Program-made: the position numbers and the translations under genes
In this document: piece after piece, positions 25,527 through 38,588 of the stretch
How the letters are laid out: every line of letters begins with the position of its first letter
How positions within the stretch are numbered: the first letter of the stretch is position 1
DNA from: Octopus sinensis
Taxonomy: Eukaryota
DNA length: 64,000 nt
Assembly: GCF_006345805.1 (NCBI RefSeq)
Contig: NC_043000.1
Coordinates: 79,484,001 to 79,548,000 of the forward strand
Reading direction: 5' to 3'
The notes under the pieces: model-generated
Seen by the model: only the letters and a program-made list of their open reading frames with translations
The model's database searches: none
Told to the model about the DNA's origin: nothing

Positions 25527-25710
25527 ACCACTGTTATTTCTCCTACACCCAATTTGTCTCTCAGTTCATTTTTTTCAAGTTTTTGCACACCCACCACTTT
25601 CTACATATTCTTCATTCTGTTGCCAGTGGATGCAAAACATCTATAAACATTTTCCATCCCTATCTTACTCAGGCTACTATGCTTTTGAAACAACTACATC
25701 CACTAAAATG

Positions 25711-26257
25711 AAGGCAAGTGATGTTCACATTCTTTTGGGACCAGCACGGAGAAGTGAAGATGGATTTTCTGGCAAAAGGTACCACAATTAACGGGGGATA
25801 TTATGCTTCTCTGTTGCAGAAATTGCAGGACACCATTAAAGCAGAGAGATGTGGCATGCTGACCAAAGGAGTCTGCCTCCTCCAAGACAATGCCCCAGTT
25901 CACAATGTGCATGGTGCCCAGATGAAATAACATTCTTGTGGCTATGAAATCCTTCCTCATCCTCCTTATTCTCCCGACCTTGCACCATCTAACTTCCACC
26001 TCTTTCCAACCATGAAGTCTTTTGTGAAGAGGAGGCACTTTTCGGATAATGATGAACTTATTTCCAAGGTAAGGTCTTAGCTCCAAAACAACCTACCAAC
26101 TTTTACAGATGAGGTCTTCACAGCTGCATAAAGCAATGGGAGAAGTGTGTCACATTTACTGGTGGATATGTAGAGGAGGACTAATAATTATGTCAATTTT
26201 CATTTATTCCAGTCCTTGGGAAGTGGATCAGGGGAGGTCTTTAATGAATACTCCTTA
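25711..26257 (+). mobile_element. mariner transposon, 3' half (decayed DD34D transposase and right TIR)
   Basis: GKVMFTFFWD...INGGYY..LL...LLQDNAPVH*...ILPHPPYSPDLAPSNFHLF...KQWEKCV...GGYVEED*. Terminus ttaatgaatactcctta followed by TA. Confidence 0.85.
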
Positions 26258-27956
26258 TAATGCTACTTGGATTCTTGACAAGGTAAAAAGTATACAAAAG
26301 TTAACAGTGACATATCTTAAAATAATTCTGCTTGTCATTGCGTTACTTAGTCGGTTGGTAATGTTTTCACCTGATTAGAGAAAAAGAGGGAGAAAGAAAA
26401 AAGAAAGGGAAAGAGAAAAAAAGAGGGAAGGCGGAAAAGGAGGGAGAAGCATCCATGGTGTGAGGTAGAGGGTATGTAATTGTAATGCTTTCATGTGATT
26501 AGATGAAGTGAAAGAGAGGAGAAAAAAGGAGAGAGAAAAAGAGTATAAGGTGAAGAATAAAATAGAAAGATAGAGAAAGAAAATGAAGAGAGAAGCATCT
26601 ATGACATAAGGTAGGGAGAACGTATTATTTATTATGTGGTTAAAAAATTTAGTTGAAGGTTGAGGAGGAAAATTAAAAATATAATTTTAGCATTGGGGTG
26701 ATGTTCTGATGGTGAAATTAAAGAAAGGCACAGAGAAAGGAGGGGAGAGAGAGAGAGGACGGAGAGGGAGAGAGATGGTGGTGGTAGAGATTGGATAGTG
26801 AAAAGTGTATTGTTTAAAAATTGAACTAAGTTTTTATATCACCTATCACTTAATACATGTACCTAATTGCAATTCCATGAAATATTCACACTTATTTACG
26901 TGGCAGATATATGCAATTTAACTAAAGGTTGTATCATATGTACAGGATATTTTTTTTGTTTATGGGGAAAATGGAAAAATAACAATGAATATTTATGTTA
27001 TGAGTGCTGTGAATAAAGTTTATAAAATTGTGCATAAAGTATATAAAGTGAATATATAAAGTGCATTAAGTAATCATTGTATTCCAATTTCTTTCACTTT
27101 TCAATAATTAGCAGATGAGCGACTAATCTTTCCATATAGACACAACACAGGCTATGTTTTCAAGTTTTTAGGATAAAGTTTTCAGAAATAACCCAGTAGG
27201 TTTACCATTAATTCCGTGAAATATTCACGGGTCCTGTTAGTATGAAATAAATGTAATACATAATCAAATTCACAAACTAATTATTAAAGAAACAATACTG
27301 TAAATGGATCAACAGAAATTTTTATCTAAAAAAAGTTTATTTATTAACATGTTAAGCCAGTAACTGTAAAGAGTAAAACTAATAACAACAGTGAAGGAGA
27401 TAATTCATTGTGTTCAAGTATTAGTATATTATCTAATAATGGACATGGGTATATAGAAAAGCAACTACATAGTGCAGTTAGTTGTATAAGAGGGAAGCAA
27501 CGTAATGTAATGGTATAATTCATCTTATCTTGATAATAACTTTAATGCAGCCACAAAAATCAATATAGCAATAGATTTTTTCTTTCTTTCAAACCTCCTA
27601 CGTATGTTTACCTAAAAAGCAGCTGTATAAAATACTAGAGCTTTGAACTAGCTTGCTTAATGAACAAGTAAGACTTTGTAATAATATAAATGCCCATCAG
27701 TAAAAACTGAGAGAAGCTGAAAGGAAGTGGTGGGGGAGAGATATTGATTAATGAGTTAAACGTGTCCTTTCTCTCTATGGAGGAAGTTCATAATATCAGC
27801 AAATCTGTAAAGTTTTCCAGTTTGGATTCTGTTAACTTCAGCCTACAAAGTTTTATCATGCAGATTTATGTAATAATGGCTACCAAGTATAATAAACAGT
27901 TGATCTCTTTTTTTTTCTGCAAGTGAAGATGTTGTGTATATAAAAACAAGGTATTT

Positions 27957-28322
27957 AGCATGGCTGTGTGATAAACTTGCCTCCCAACTGCATGGTTCTC
28001 TGTTCAGTCCCACTGCATGGCATCTTGGGCAAGTGTCTTCTACTTATAGTTCTGGGCTGCTCAAAGCCTTGTGAGTGGATCTGGTAGACAGAAACTGAAA
28101 GAAGCATGTGTTGTGTTGTGTGTGTGTCTTTGTCCCTCACCAACACTTAACAACTGGTAGATGGTGTGTTTATGCTCTTTTAACTTAGCAGTTTGGCAAG
28201 AGACCAATAGAATAAGACCAGGTTTAGAAAAAAAAAAGTACTGGGGTTGATTCATTCACTAAAAATTCTTCAAAGTGGTATCCCAGCATGGCAGCAGTCT
28301 AATGACTGAAACAAGTAAAAGA
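27957..28322 (+). mobile_element. tRNA-derived SINE (family A)
   Basis: tggctgtgtg...gttcagtcccactgcatggcatcttgggcaagtgtcttctac...gactgaaacaagtaaaaga. Confidence 0.85.
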
Positions 28323-28695
28323 TCTGTTTGCAGTGTTCATTAAAATCTACAGATATATTCTGTAGTACAGTATAACATATATATCTAGTCTGGCTGTTAA
28401 CAACTCCCATCCATCATACTTGCATCATGTAAATGACTTTACATCAGTAATAATTTGTTTTTCATAAGAAAATTTACTTTTTGTAGATTTGATCTAAGCA
28501 ACTCCAATGAGTCTTGAGAAGATGAAATGGGTTGGTTGTTATTTCACTTGTACTTACCAAAGATTTTGTAACCCATTCACATTATATTTTCACTGCAGGA
28601 CTAAATGTATGTTTATTAAACATACTCTTTATGATTTCCTACACACTTTTATCTAAGACAATGCAATGTAGGTGCTTTTATTAGTGTGTGTGCAC

Positions 28696-30542
28696 TGTGC
28701 TGTACCTTGTCACCTTGTCAAACGTCTTTTCGTCTGATGTCTTTTTGTCTGATGATTTCTTTGTTCAATGACTTTTTGTCCAATTTTTAATAAACTTTGG
28801 AGAAAACAAGGTGAAATATCTCTAATGATATATTCACAGAACTATAATGAACCTCGTTATAAGATTGTTATTATCGTTCTTTTTCCTTCTCTCTCTTAAG
28901 TAAGGTGCTGTGTATACAGAGTGCTGCAAATTTAGTGTACATATTTTCAATTTACCCATCCTGAAATGACAAAGTTCATAATATTGACCAAAAACAAAAG
29001 TAGCTGATGAAAGTAATTACATCTACAATTTTCATTCAAACAAGACAAAACTAGGAAAAGAATACTGGAGATGTGAGAAAAGAAGGCTGTGTTCAGTGTG
29101 AAGTCACATGGTAATGGAAAACAATGTGCCAGCACCTCCATCCCGCTATTGTAGATTGGTTAAATGCTAGAAGAGCAGATGCCGAAATAAAGCATGAAGC
29201 AGTGGAAAACATAGCAGCAAGTTCATGTAGCATAATAGTGGCTAAGCTTACACCACTAACAGAAAATACTTGCTCTCAACTTCCTCATTTGCCTGTACTT
29301 TCAAGGACTATTCAAAGGTGCTGACAAAAAATGTTCTGCTGCTAATCCAAGGGTTAGAACTGGCTTTGAAATACCTGAAGAATATTGTAAACTTGACAAT
29401 GGCGAACAATTTCTGAAATACAATTCGGGTATCGAGGACCAACAGCATATATTAGAAAGTGCTTTTCAGGATATAGCATCATATCGTCATTGGACATGTG
29501 ATGGAACGTTCAAAATTGTGCCAGACCAATGGTTTCAACTGTTTTTCATGTACAAGTTAAAAGTAGCAGTTTTCCACAGGTTTTTGCAATACAGCCAGAT
29601 AAAACAAAGCAGACATACAAGTTATTTTTTGAGCAATTGAAAATTATGCAACCTAATGCATATCTGCTTGATCTCACGGCAGATTTCGAAGTTGCCGTTC
29701 ATAAGGCATTTAATTCATCATTCCCTAATTCATCTATTGTAGCATGTTTGATTCATTTAAGCCAATCAGTATTTTGAAAAATTACAGATTTAGGCCAAAA
29801 GAAAAATAAAGTAGACTCTGAATTCTGTCTTAAAATTCAATGTTTTTCAGCATTAGCCTTCCTAGTCATTGAAGATGTCGAAGAGGCCTATGAAAAATTA
29901 ATAGATGATGAAGAAATACCTGCTGAATTCATCATTTACTTCAACTTGACTTACATAGGCATTGTGAGAGGACGTGGTGCTATATGAAGGAAAGAACCAC
30001 CTACATTCCTGATAATTGCATGGAATGTTAATCAGCGTATTCTTCAAGATCTTCCCAGAACAAATAATGCGGCGGAGGGGTTTCATTCTGTGATAAAGCA
30101 TTTGGCGGGTGGAGCACATTTGAATTTTTGGAAATTAATCAAAACTTTGAAGGAAGAGTAAGCGTTCGTTCAAGGTAAAATGACCCAAATTCTTCGAGCA
30201 GATCCGTCAAATTCATGTACATAATATCAAAGAATAACTGAACGCCTCAAAAGATTGGTCATTGAAAATGGGTCAACAAGAAAAATTGATTGTTTGGAGA
30301 GTGTGGCACATAATCTATATCAATTTTAAGTGATCATAATAAATCATTATTACATTTTAAAATGACTTTTTTTAAATACATTTTTCCACACTATTTTACT
30401 TGAATCCTGTCAATAAAGTTCTCAATGATTATTTGATTTTGATGTTCACCTTGTTTTCTAAAAAGTTTATTTAAAATTGAACACAAAGACGTTGGACCAA
30501 AAGACGTAGACAAAGTGATATTGGACTAAAAGTTGGGTCATG
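28696..30542 (+). mobile_element. Mutator-like (MULE) DNA transposon with decayed FLYWCH + MULE transposase and long imperfect TIRs
   Basis: YIYNFH...YWRCEKRRLC (FLYWCH-like), WTCDGTFKIVP, ADFEVAVHKAF...VACLIHLSQ and LPRTNNAAEGFH. 28781-28820 is an inverted match to 30441-30479. Both ends are bounded by gtgcac; boundaries are approximate. Confidence 0.8.
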
Positions 30543-31217
30543 GTGCACGCGCGTGTGTGTAATGTACACCAAAAGTAATAAGTACTCAATAAATGACCTA
30601 GAGTATTTTCATAAATTAGGAAGCTCAATCTGTTGTTGCCATAAGTTTTCAAGATGTAAACAGAAATATGCTGTGAGCAAAAATATTTCTAGTCTGATAC
30701 GGCCAAATATAATAGGATATGAATGTTGTAGTCTCACAATATGACTAAGGGCACAGCAATACCATAATACCACTACATATACAGAGAAATATTTGCTTTA
30801 TACATTCACGCACGTGCGTGTGTGTGTATGTGCGTGTGAGAGAGAGAGAGTGTGTGTGTGTGTGTGTGGTGTGTGTGTGTGCATGTGTGTATAGGAAAAA
30901 GAAAACCAAGGAAGGCCAACAGAAGTGGTGAAAGCTGATCACAGATACTTCATAAAAGAGATGACAAAAGAGCATAGCAAGTAATAGGACACAGTGATGG
31001 AGAGGGCACAATGTAAGTATGGAAAAGCAGCTATAAAAATGAAGATGGGAAATGATTGATGTTTACATACAAATATGTTTAGGGATACAAGACAGTCATG
31101 ATACAATGAAATCTTCATATAGTTATTTGTATTTTACATTCAAGGTGTCATGCATATCATTCACATAACAGATATTTTATACAATGACATGCATTTCAAC
31201 ACAATTTTCCATAAACA

Positions 31218-31250
<33 letters not shown>

Positions 31251-32002
31251 AAGAAGGAGGAGGAGGGTCCAAACAATAACATGTCTGAAAAAAATAACCA
31301 ATCCAATCATTGAATAAAGATTATATCCAGTTGTGCTTAAAATTATAGATAAAAGCAGTTATTTAAAAGTCAAATGTTCTGCATTTGATGACAGCTCATA
31401 GACAAAAAGTATCTTTCCATTTTTAAAGAAAATTAGTTTGTGTTGAGCACACAAGTTGTTTCAGGTGAAATGTTGTCAGTGGCACAAGCTGGACTCATTT
31501 CAACATCTTGAAATGTGATTATATTCACAACATGGGTTACCTATCTTCACAGCATAGGTTACCTATCTTAAATTTTGAATGGTTCTTAATATATTATATA
31601 TTCAATAACAGTTTATTCATGACTAACAGTCCTAGGACAAGTTCTTCTACTTCATCATGCTATTAATAGACACACATACACTATAAGTTTACAGCTTACA
31701 TTCAGGTTTTTTATTTTCACCTCTGATACTGGAGAACAATATAATATATTTTTTAATTTGTTCAGTAAAGTTTCTGAATAATCTAACTTACTCCAATCAG
31801 TTCTTGGAAAGTATTAGCTTTCATTATAATGATACAACCTTCAGTTAGCTATTGACTCGAACATTTGAAACTGGTATTTCACCAAATTCTATTCCCATCA
31901 TCACCCTGCCCAGCAAGTTTTTAGACCAGACTGGCTATTTTAATGGTTTCATGTTTGGAGTTTCAACACTAAGCACATGTGTGTACGTGTGTGAGGGTGT
32001 AT

Positions 32003-32055
<53 letters not shown>

Positions 32056-33209
32056 CATACATACATATATCAGTACTTTACAAGCTATTATGTATCAACC
32101 TAAATACATGGGATACATATGCCATTAGGTACAAGGCACCCTGCATGTAAGTCTCTTTACATCAAAATTTTTTTTTGTTGAAGAAGCATCATGCTCAGAT
32201 ATCTACAAAATGAATACCTTTTAAATACTAATATGTATAGCAACTAAAAAAAATTAGATTCCTGGGTGAAGTCTTTAATAGTGATATAAAGACAGGTAGG
32301 TTGTTTTATGCAGCAAAACTTGGTTGGCTACTGATTCTTGTGTGTGTATATTGGTCATGTCAGGTTGTTCTTCAGAGCTACTGGCAACACAAGTAAGCCT
32401 GCTAGGTGAGTAGGGTGGTTTTTGTACATGCTGCAAGGTAAAAAAAAAAAAAAGAGAAGTGGGTGAATTCTGGAGAGTCAATAACCAACCATTCAATTAT
32501 ATCTGTATTATGTCTGTAAGGACTCAGAAATTTCTGGTTATGAACTTATCAGAGTGGGTTAGACTCTAAGTTGTGGCAAAGGCAATTATCTTAGGAAACA
32601 GAGAGAAAAGCCTGAGAAATGTTGTTTTTTGAGTTTGTGGCAAACATTTACACTGAGTTTGTTATCACCATTTCCTAAAAATGTGGCTGGTCATACACAA
32701 GGCTTCAGCACAGAAAACAAATAATCTGTGTGGATGGTCAATAGCTATGGCTATTAAATCCTCATATATTGAAACTGTTGAGAGAATTCATCATTAATAT
32801 AGTGATGGATTTTAATTTTTTAATTTATGTCCCAATAGGTGATTTTTAGTTTACATTCCAATTGTTGATTACAGCCTTCCAATAAGCAAGTCACTGGTTT
32901 GCTGAATTTATGATCGTGAAAGTGACAAGGAATTGTATGTGTAATGTGGGCAGACTAAATACCACAGTATTTTCATTTAAAAGCATTGTATGTTTTGTCT
33001 TTTCTCTTCTCAGTGAAATACATCAGTGAATGATACACACACATATACACACAGAGGGGTGTATGGAATATAACATCACACCTATTCTTACAGACATTAA
33101 AAGGAGAGAAGTATGGAAATACAGTTATGAGAATTTATTGAAGAAAGAGAATCTAGGAGAGAAAAGTTTTCCAGCACAGACTCAGTAGAGGTTTCAGTCA
33201 TTCAAATTG

Positions 33210-33380
33210 ATACAACTGCTGTCATCTTTCTACTGAGACAACTGCAGAGAAATTAAGAATAAATCACTGTACTTTGCATTTATCAATCTAGAAGCCTTTG
33301 ACAGGATCTCATGCTCTGTGATCTGATGGTCACTGAGGGCTAGATGAATGCCTTGTGAGGGCAATACAAACTCTATGCAC
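33210..33380 (+). mobile_element. LINE (RTE-like) reverse transcriptase fragment
   Basis: Frameshifted AVIFLLRQLQ / KSLYFAFINLE / AFDR / VI*WSLR / LVRAIQTL resembles RT subdomains 2-3 (F.DL.KAFDR). Confidence 0.6.
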
Positions 33381-34590
33381 ATGTATGGTTATTGATGCTG
33401 TTGTCTTTTGCATAGTTTTCATCTGCTAAATTTCAACAACCAAGTGTTATTAATAATACTTTAGAAGACAGTGCCCAAGGTGCTACACAGCAGGATTTAA
33501 CCTGGAAACACAAGATTGTGAAAGAAACATCTTTACAACACAGCTATGCTTAAAATCTTTTTCTGTAATGTTTAAAAAACACCTGCATGATTATGAAAGG
33601 TGACCAAACAAAGAAGACTATATTATCTTAAAAGGATATTAAACTGTCTTAGTTTAACCTTAATATAAAAACTTCAAGTCAAATAATGAGGGGAGAAAAA
33701 AAGATGCAACTCACTAAACTCTGAATTTTCCTCTTTACAGACTAATCCTTCTATCATAAATCACTAAATACACATAGCCGTTTTAACTAACTGACACACA
33801 TTCTCTTAATTAGTAAATAAGATCATATTTTCAGTGTGTCAGTAGTTACCTCATTATCATAACAAAATAAACTTATAGTTTACTTTATAAACATTGGTGG
33901 ATTACATGACAGAAAACTTGCAGCCTGTATGCATCTTCAAAGCAATTTTTGTTTGTAGAGTTTAATTCATTGAAATTACTCTATTAGAGTCACTGACTCT
34001 GGGGTGTGTAATGGAGCATACATGAAAAGTTAAACTACAAGTGAATGAAACCGAGACATTCTTTCTATATTATATTACAAATAGATAAGTAGTGGCTTAA
34101 TTAATAAAATGTTATGAAATTAAAATAAGGTTTCTCTTAAATGGAGAACAAAAAATTAAGAGGGTAAACAGTGACTAAAATGGAATGTTCCTGTACACAG
34201 CAAAAATACCTTAATGAACTGACAGAATGGTATATGGACCACTGATAGAACAAATGGTAATTTTCAGCTATTTAAAAAAAATACAAAAATAAAATTAACA
34301 GCTGATTAGGAACAAAAACTGCTGCTTAAAATTTTTTTTTTATTTAGATAAAATAGTGCCTCTGATCATTGTAAGCCCACCCAGCAGATTCATGAGGTAC
34401 ATGAATATCTGTAGGTCAGTGTATAAAACAGATGGAGAGGGGAATACCAAAGGGTTACAATCTCAGGAGGAAATAGTAGAATGAGTATTTAGTGTGTTGC
34501 TGCTTAACCTCAAGTCAGTTATGACTAAGCATGCTACCTGTGATCATCTTGAATTTTCATTTCAAAGCATAATACTAGTCTTTTTCTTTC

Positions 34591-34636
<46 letters not shown>

Positions 34637-34646
34637 ATATATATAT

Positions 34647-34869
34647 TTCTTTACTACCCACAGGGGGCTAAACATAGAGGGGACAAACAAGGACAGACAA
34701 GGGATTAAGTCGATTACATCGACCCAGTGCGAAACTGGTACTTTATTTATTGAACCTGAGAGGATGAAAGGCAAAGTCGACCTCAGCGGAATTTGGACTC
34801 AGAACGTAACGACAGACGAAATACCGCTAAGCATTTCGCCCGGCGTGCTAACGTTTCTGCTAGCTCGCC
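34647..34869 (-). mobile_element. tRNA-derived SINE (family B), well preserved, inserted in (TA)n
   Basis: The minus strand begins ggcgagctagcagaaacgttagc and contains gttctgagtccaaattcc (B-box-like). CpG-rich relative to background. Confidence 0.85.
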
Positions 34870-35041
34870 TGATATATATATATATACTAGCAGAAGCACC
34901 TGGCATTGCCCAGGAATGAAATTGTTCCTTATATATTGGAAGACAAAATGCAAAATATGTTGTATAGCAATTTGTTATTCTAAATTCAATTTATTCTTCA
35001 ATTTATTTCTTCAGAAAACAATTCTGAATTCGTAATACAAA

Positions 35042-35077
<36 letters not shown>

Positions 35078-35107
35078 ACAAAAAATTTGATAATATGCAG
35101 AGCATTA

Positions 35108-35510
35108 TTCTGGAAGACGTTTAGGTTCATGTTCATTCACAAAAGCAGCCGAGTCTGTGATGTCATAATTTGTCTCTCTTGCTATATCTCTTGAAGTTAA
35201 ATTACTAATCTGATGGTTTGTTTTTGGCAGTCCAGAGTCAGACAATTTTTGCTTTGCATGGCCAAAACTTGATCCGCGATTTCAATCATTGCTTGGTTAA
35301 TAATTGTTTCAGAAGTGAATATTGATATCTGGGTTTGCCTGCTAAACTGCATATTTAAGTCCCCAGCCATGACCTCACGATGTTTCATCCAAAGCTGTAA
35401 GGGACCACTAAGTTGACACATGTTCAGTATAATTGCAAGTAGGTCATGGAATTTTCTTGGAGAATCTGATACTAATGCTTCAGTCAATGCAAGGTCCCAA
35501 TACTCATCAT
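35108..35510 (-). mobile_element. Helitron Rep/helicase fragment (downstream part)
   Basis: DDEYWDLALTEALVSDSPRKFHDLLAIILNMCQLSGPLQLWMKH...ETNYD...FVNEHEP matches the Helitron Rep-to-PIF1 linker. Confidence 0.8.
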
Positions 35511-36353
35511 CATCGTTTAACATCCATTTTCCATGCTAGCATGGGTTGGACGGGTTGACCAGGGTCTGGGAGGCCAGGAGGCTGCACCAGGTTCCAGTCT
35601 GATCTGGCAGTGTTTCTACATGCTCTTCCTAACGCCAACCACTCTGTGAGTGTAGTGGGTGCTTTTTACGTGCCACCGGCACAGAGGCCAGATGAGGCTG
35701 GCAAACGGTCACGATCGGTTGTTGCTTTTACGTGTCACCGACACGGACGCCAGTCAGGCGGCGCTGGCATCTGCCATGTTCGGACGGTGCTTCTTACGTA
35801 TCACCGGCACGGGTATCTTAACTACAATTTCCATTTGATTTTTATTTTGAGGTTGGTGTTGCCGTACTTGACTCAATAGGTCTCCTCAAGAACAGAGGGT
35901 CACTCTATGATCCAAGGTTAGCACAGCAGGCCGCTCTGCGAGCCATGAACTCACTTCATTTGTCAGGTCTTCACAGTCACAGCATATCTCAGAGGTCTCG
36001 GTCTTTGTCATTTCCTCTGTGAGGCCCTACATGCCACCGGCACGGGTATCGCAACTACAATATCCATTCGATTTTATTTTGATGTTCATGTACTTGAAAC
36101 GATAGGTCTCCTCAAGCATAGCAGGCCGTCCTGCAAGCTATGAACTCACTTAATTTGTCAGGTCTTCGAAGTCACAGCACATCTCCAGAGGTCTTGGTCT
36201 TTCGCCATAGCCTCTGTGAGGCCCAATGTACGAAGGTCATGCTTGACTACCTCATCCCATGTCCTCCTGGGTTTACCTCTACCCCGGATTCCTTCAACAG
36301 TTTGGGAGTGGCACACATCTCTCCTCATCCATCCGCAGTACATGTCCATACCA
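35505..36353 (-). mobile_element. RTE LINE 3' end (ORF C-terminus, duplicated 3' segment, (GAT)n tail)
   Basis: WYGHVLRMDE...VEGIRGRGKPRRTWDEVVKHDLRTLGLTE, followed by the same tail as 11238, 21905 and 60285. Confidence 0.85.
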
Positions 36354-36890
36354 ACAAAAAAAACCTTGTTGAAGCATGCTTCCCAATAAGTTTCACACAC
36401 ATGACCATTTACCCTCCTTGAATTTTGGAATGGTTTGAGACTAGATACTTCATGCAAAAGGAGCCATAAATAGTAGCATTCTACTTGGTTTGCGGAGACA
36501 CTGTAAACTCTTGCAAGAGCATCAGCCCATTTCCTCTTGTGTCATTTATTATTTCTCCAGGAGTAGTGGACACTCAAATGAATGATGGCTGGGTGTCTCA
36601 CATGAATGGGAAAATTGAAGATGTGCCAAAAGGCCTATTTGGTACTGATTTATCTACCCCTGTCATACTGTGCATCCTCGTCATTTTTATCTATCTGCTG
36701 ACTGCCATTCTGTATAAGAGTGTATGTTGCAGCATCTAAACCTTTGTTTATATATTTGCAAACATACTTAACAGAGTTGCAAAATTCAACATTGACTATG
36801 GCTACCTGTACTTGTCTTTGCTTCACTGTAGAATACTGATCATCTACATCTACCCTGACTCCTCTTGTAGAGACTGAGAACATTGTTATA
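36354..36890 (-). mobile_element. Helitron Rep domain fragment (upstream part)
   Basis: IVNVEFCNSV..KYVCKYINKG.DAAT, FPIHVRHPAIIHLSVH, RVY.V..NQVECYYL.LLLHEV and VNGHVCETYWEAC are all conserved Helitron Rep motifs. Confidence 0.85.
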
Positions 36891-37702
36891 GGAAACTTTT
36901 TCGAAAACTGAAATGGGGATTAAATGAAAAAATAAGTTACGTGATAATCTTTACAAAAGTGATTGAAATAAACGGCAACTGTGAAATGTCCTACGCATAC
37001 ACACATATTTACTACTTGATTTGCTCTTTATTCCTTCCCCCATCAATCTATTCTACTTCTGATTACAAACTGTGTATAAATACTTCAACCAAATCTTTGA
37101 CAGACATGCTGAATTTAAAAATACAATGTATATTGGAGGGAGACGAAAATCATTCCAGCAGAGATGGGTGTGTGTGTGCAGAAAGACAACCACAAACACA
37201 GGCTTCTACACAGTTTTCCTTCAACAAAACCCACTCGCATGATATTGGTCAACTTGAAGCTATTGTACAAAAATATGTGCTTAAAGTGCTGTCAGGTGAG
37301 ACTGAACCTAAAATCAAAAGCATTCTAGCTGTGAACATCAATTGTTTAATATACCTTGGACTACTGCCAAAGAACAGATTCAATTCATCTGACAAATTAC
37401 TACATATAAGAATTAGTGGCAGTCAACAAGAGGCTTTGGTGGAAGACACTTGAGTAAAGTGCCATGGAGTGGGACTGAACCTTAAATCAAGCTTCTTAAT
37501 CATAATTAGAGAGCTAATGAAGCATTATACCATTAGGCAAAACAATACAGTGAATGTTAAAGTCTTCTCTACTGCAGACTTCAAACAATACAGCAATACA
37601 TTGATTTATTTCATATCTGCTGGCATTCTTTAATATAAAGTGCCATTTGATAATATGCCAGATGATAGGCCAACATAGCTTCAATTTTGCAATAATATAT
37701 GA

Positions 37703-37765
<63 letters not shown>

Positions 37766-38295
37766 TAGTTTGCTAAAAAATCTCTGCCCACTTCCTATTT
37801 ATTATTGCGATAATCATTAACCTTATTTTAGATGCAGAAGTTTATTAGATCAATCCAATAGAATGATTTGACAATCAACACTGCTATAATTTGCTTAAAT
37901 AACAAATTTCTACATCAATACTATTTTATTAATACTACAGTTATATTTTTATTGGTATCTTGCAGATTGCAGAAGACTGAAAGTTTAAATTTCCTACAAG
38001 AGTGATTTTCAATAATTCTAATTGTGCATTAAACCAATGAGATTTAAAAAATTTTATACAATATTGAGAATAAAATCTTTCTGGTTTCAATGTTCTAATT
38101 CTGATACCAAGGAACACTTACATGTATTTAATAAATATTTACAAAGTACATGTAAGCAAATACTCACAATATTTTAATTTCTGAAAAATAAAATATAAAA
38201 AAAACCTCAAAGCAACCTTGTATTTTTTATATAGTTTAATCAATTCATGGCTACATTTGTAACCAGAATCCACTGTTTAGAAAGTAAATTTCAAC

Positions 38296-38588
38296 TACAG
38301 TATAGCTGTGAAAACAGCAGGAAGATTGGGTATTTTACCCTTATAAGATAGGTAAAGTTGCCAGCAGATGGCTATAGGACTTGAACTTGTACCCCTTAGA
38401 TACTGGCTCAATACTCTAGCATTAAGATAAGCAGCCTGCTGACAGTGTGCCATTTAGTTTAATGGTAGAGTGTTCAGCTGATATCTGAGGGGTACAGGCT
38501 CAAGTTCCATAGCCATCTACTGACAACTTTTCCCAACTTGTAAGGGTAAAATACCCATTCTTTCTGCTGTTTTCACAGCTATACTGTA
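38296..38588. mobile_element. Palindromic MITE-like element (130-bp arms, 33-bp spacer) whose arms contain tRNA-like sequence
   Basis: 38296..38425 is an imperfect reverse complement of 38459..38588. The ends read TA-CAGTATAGCTG...CAGCTATACTG-TA. Each arm has A-box/B-box-like motifs. Confidence 0.85.
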
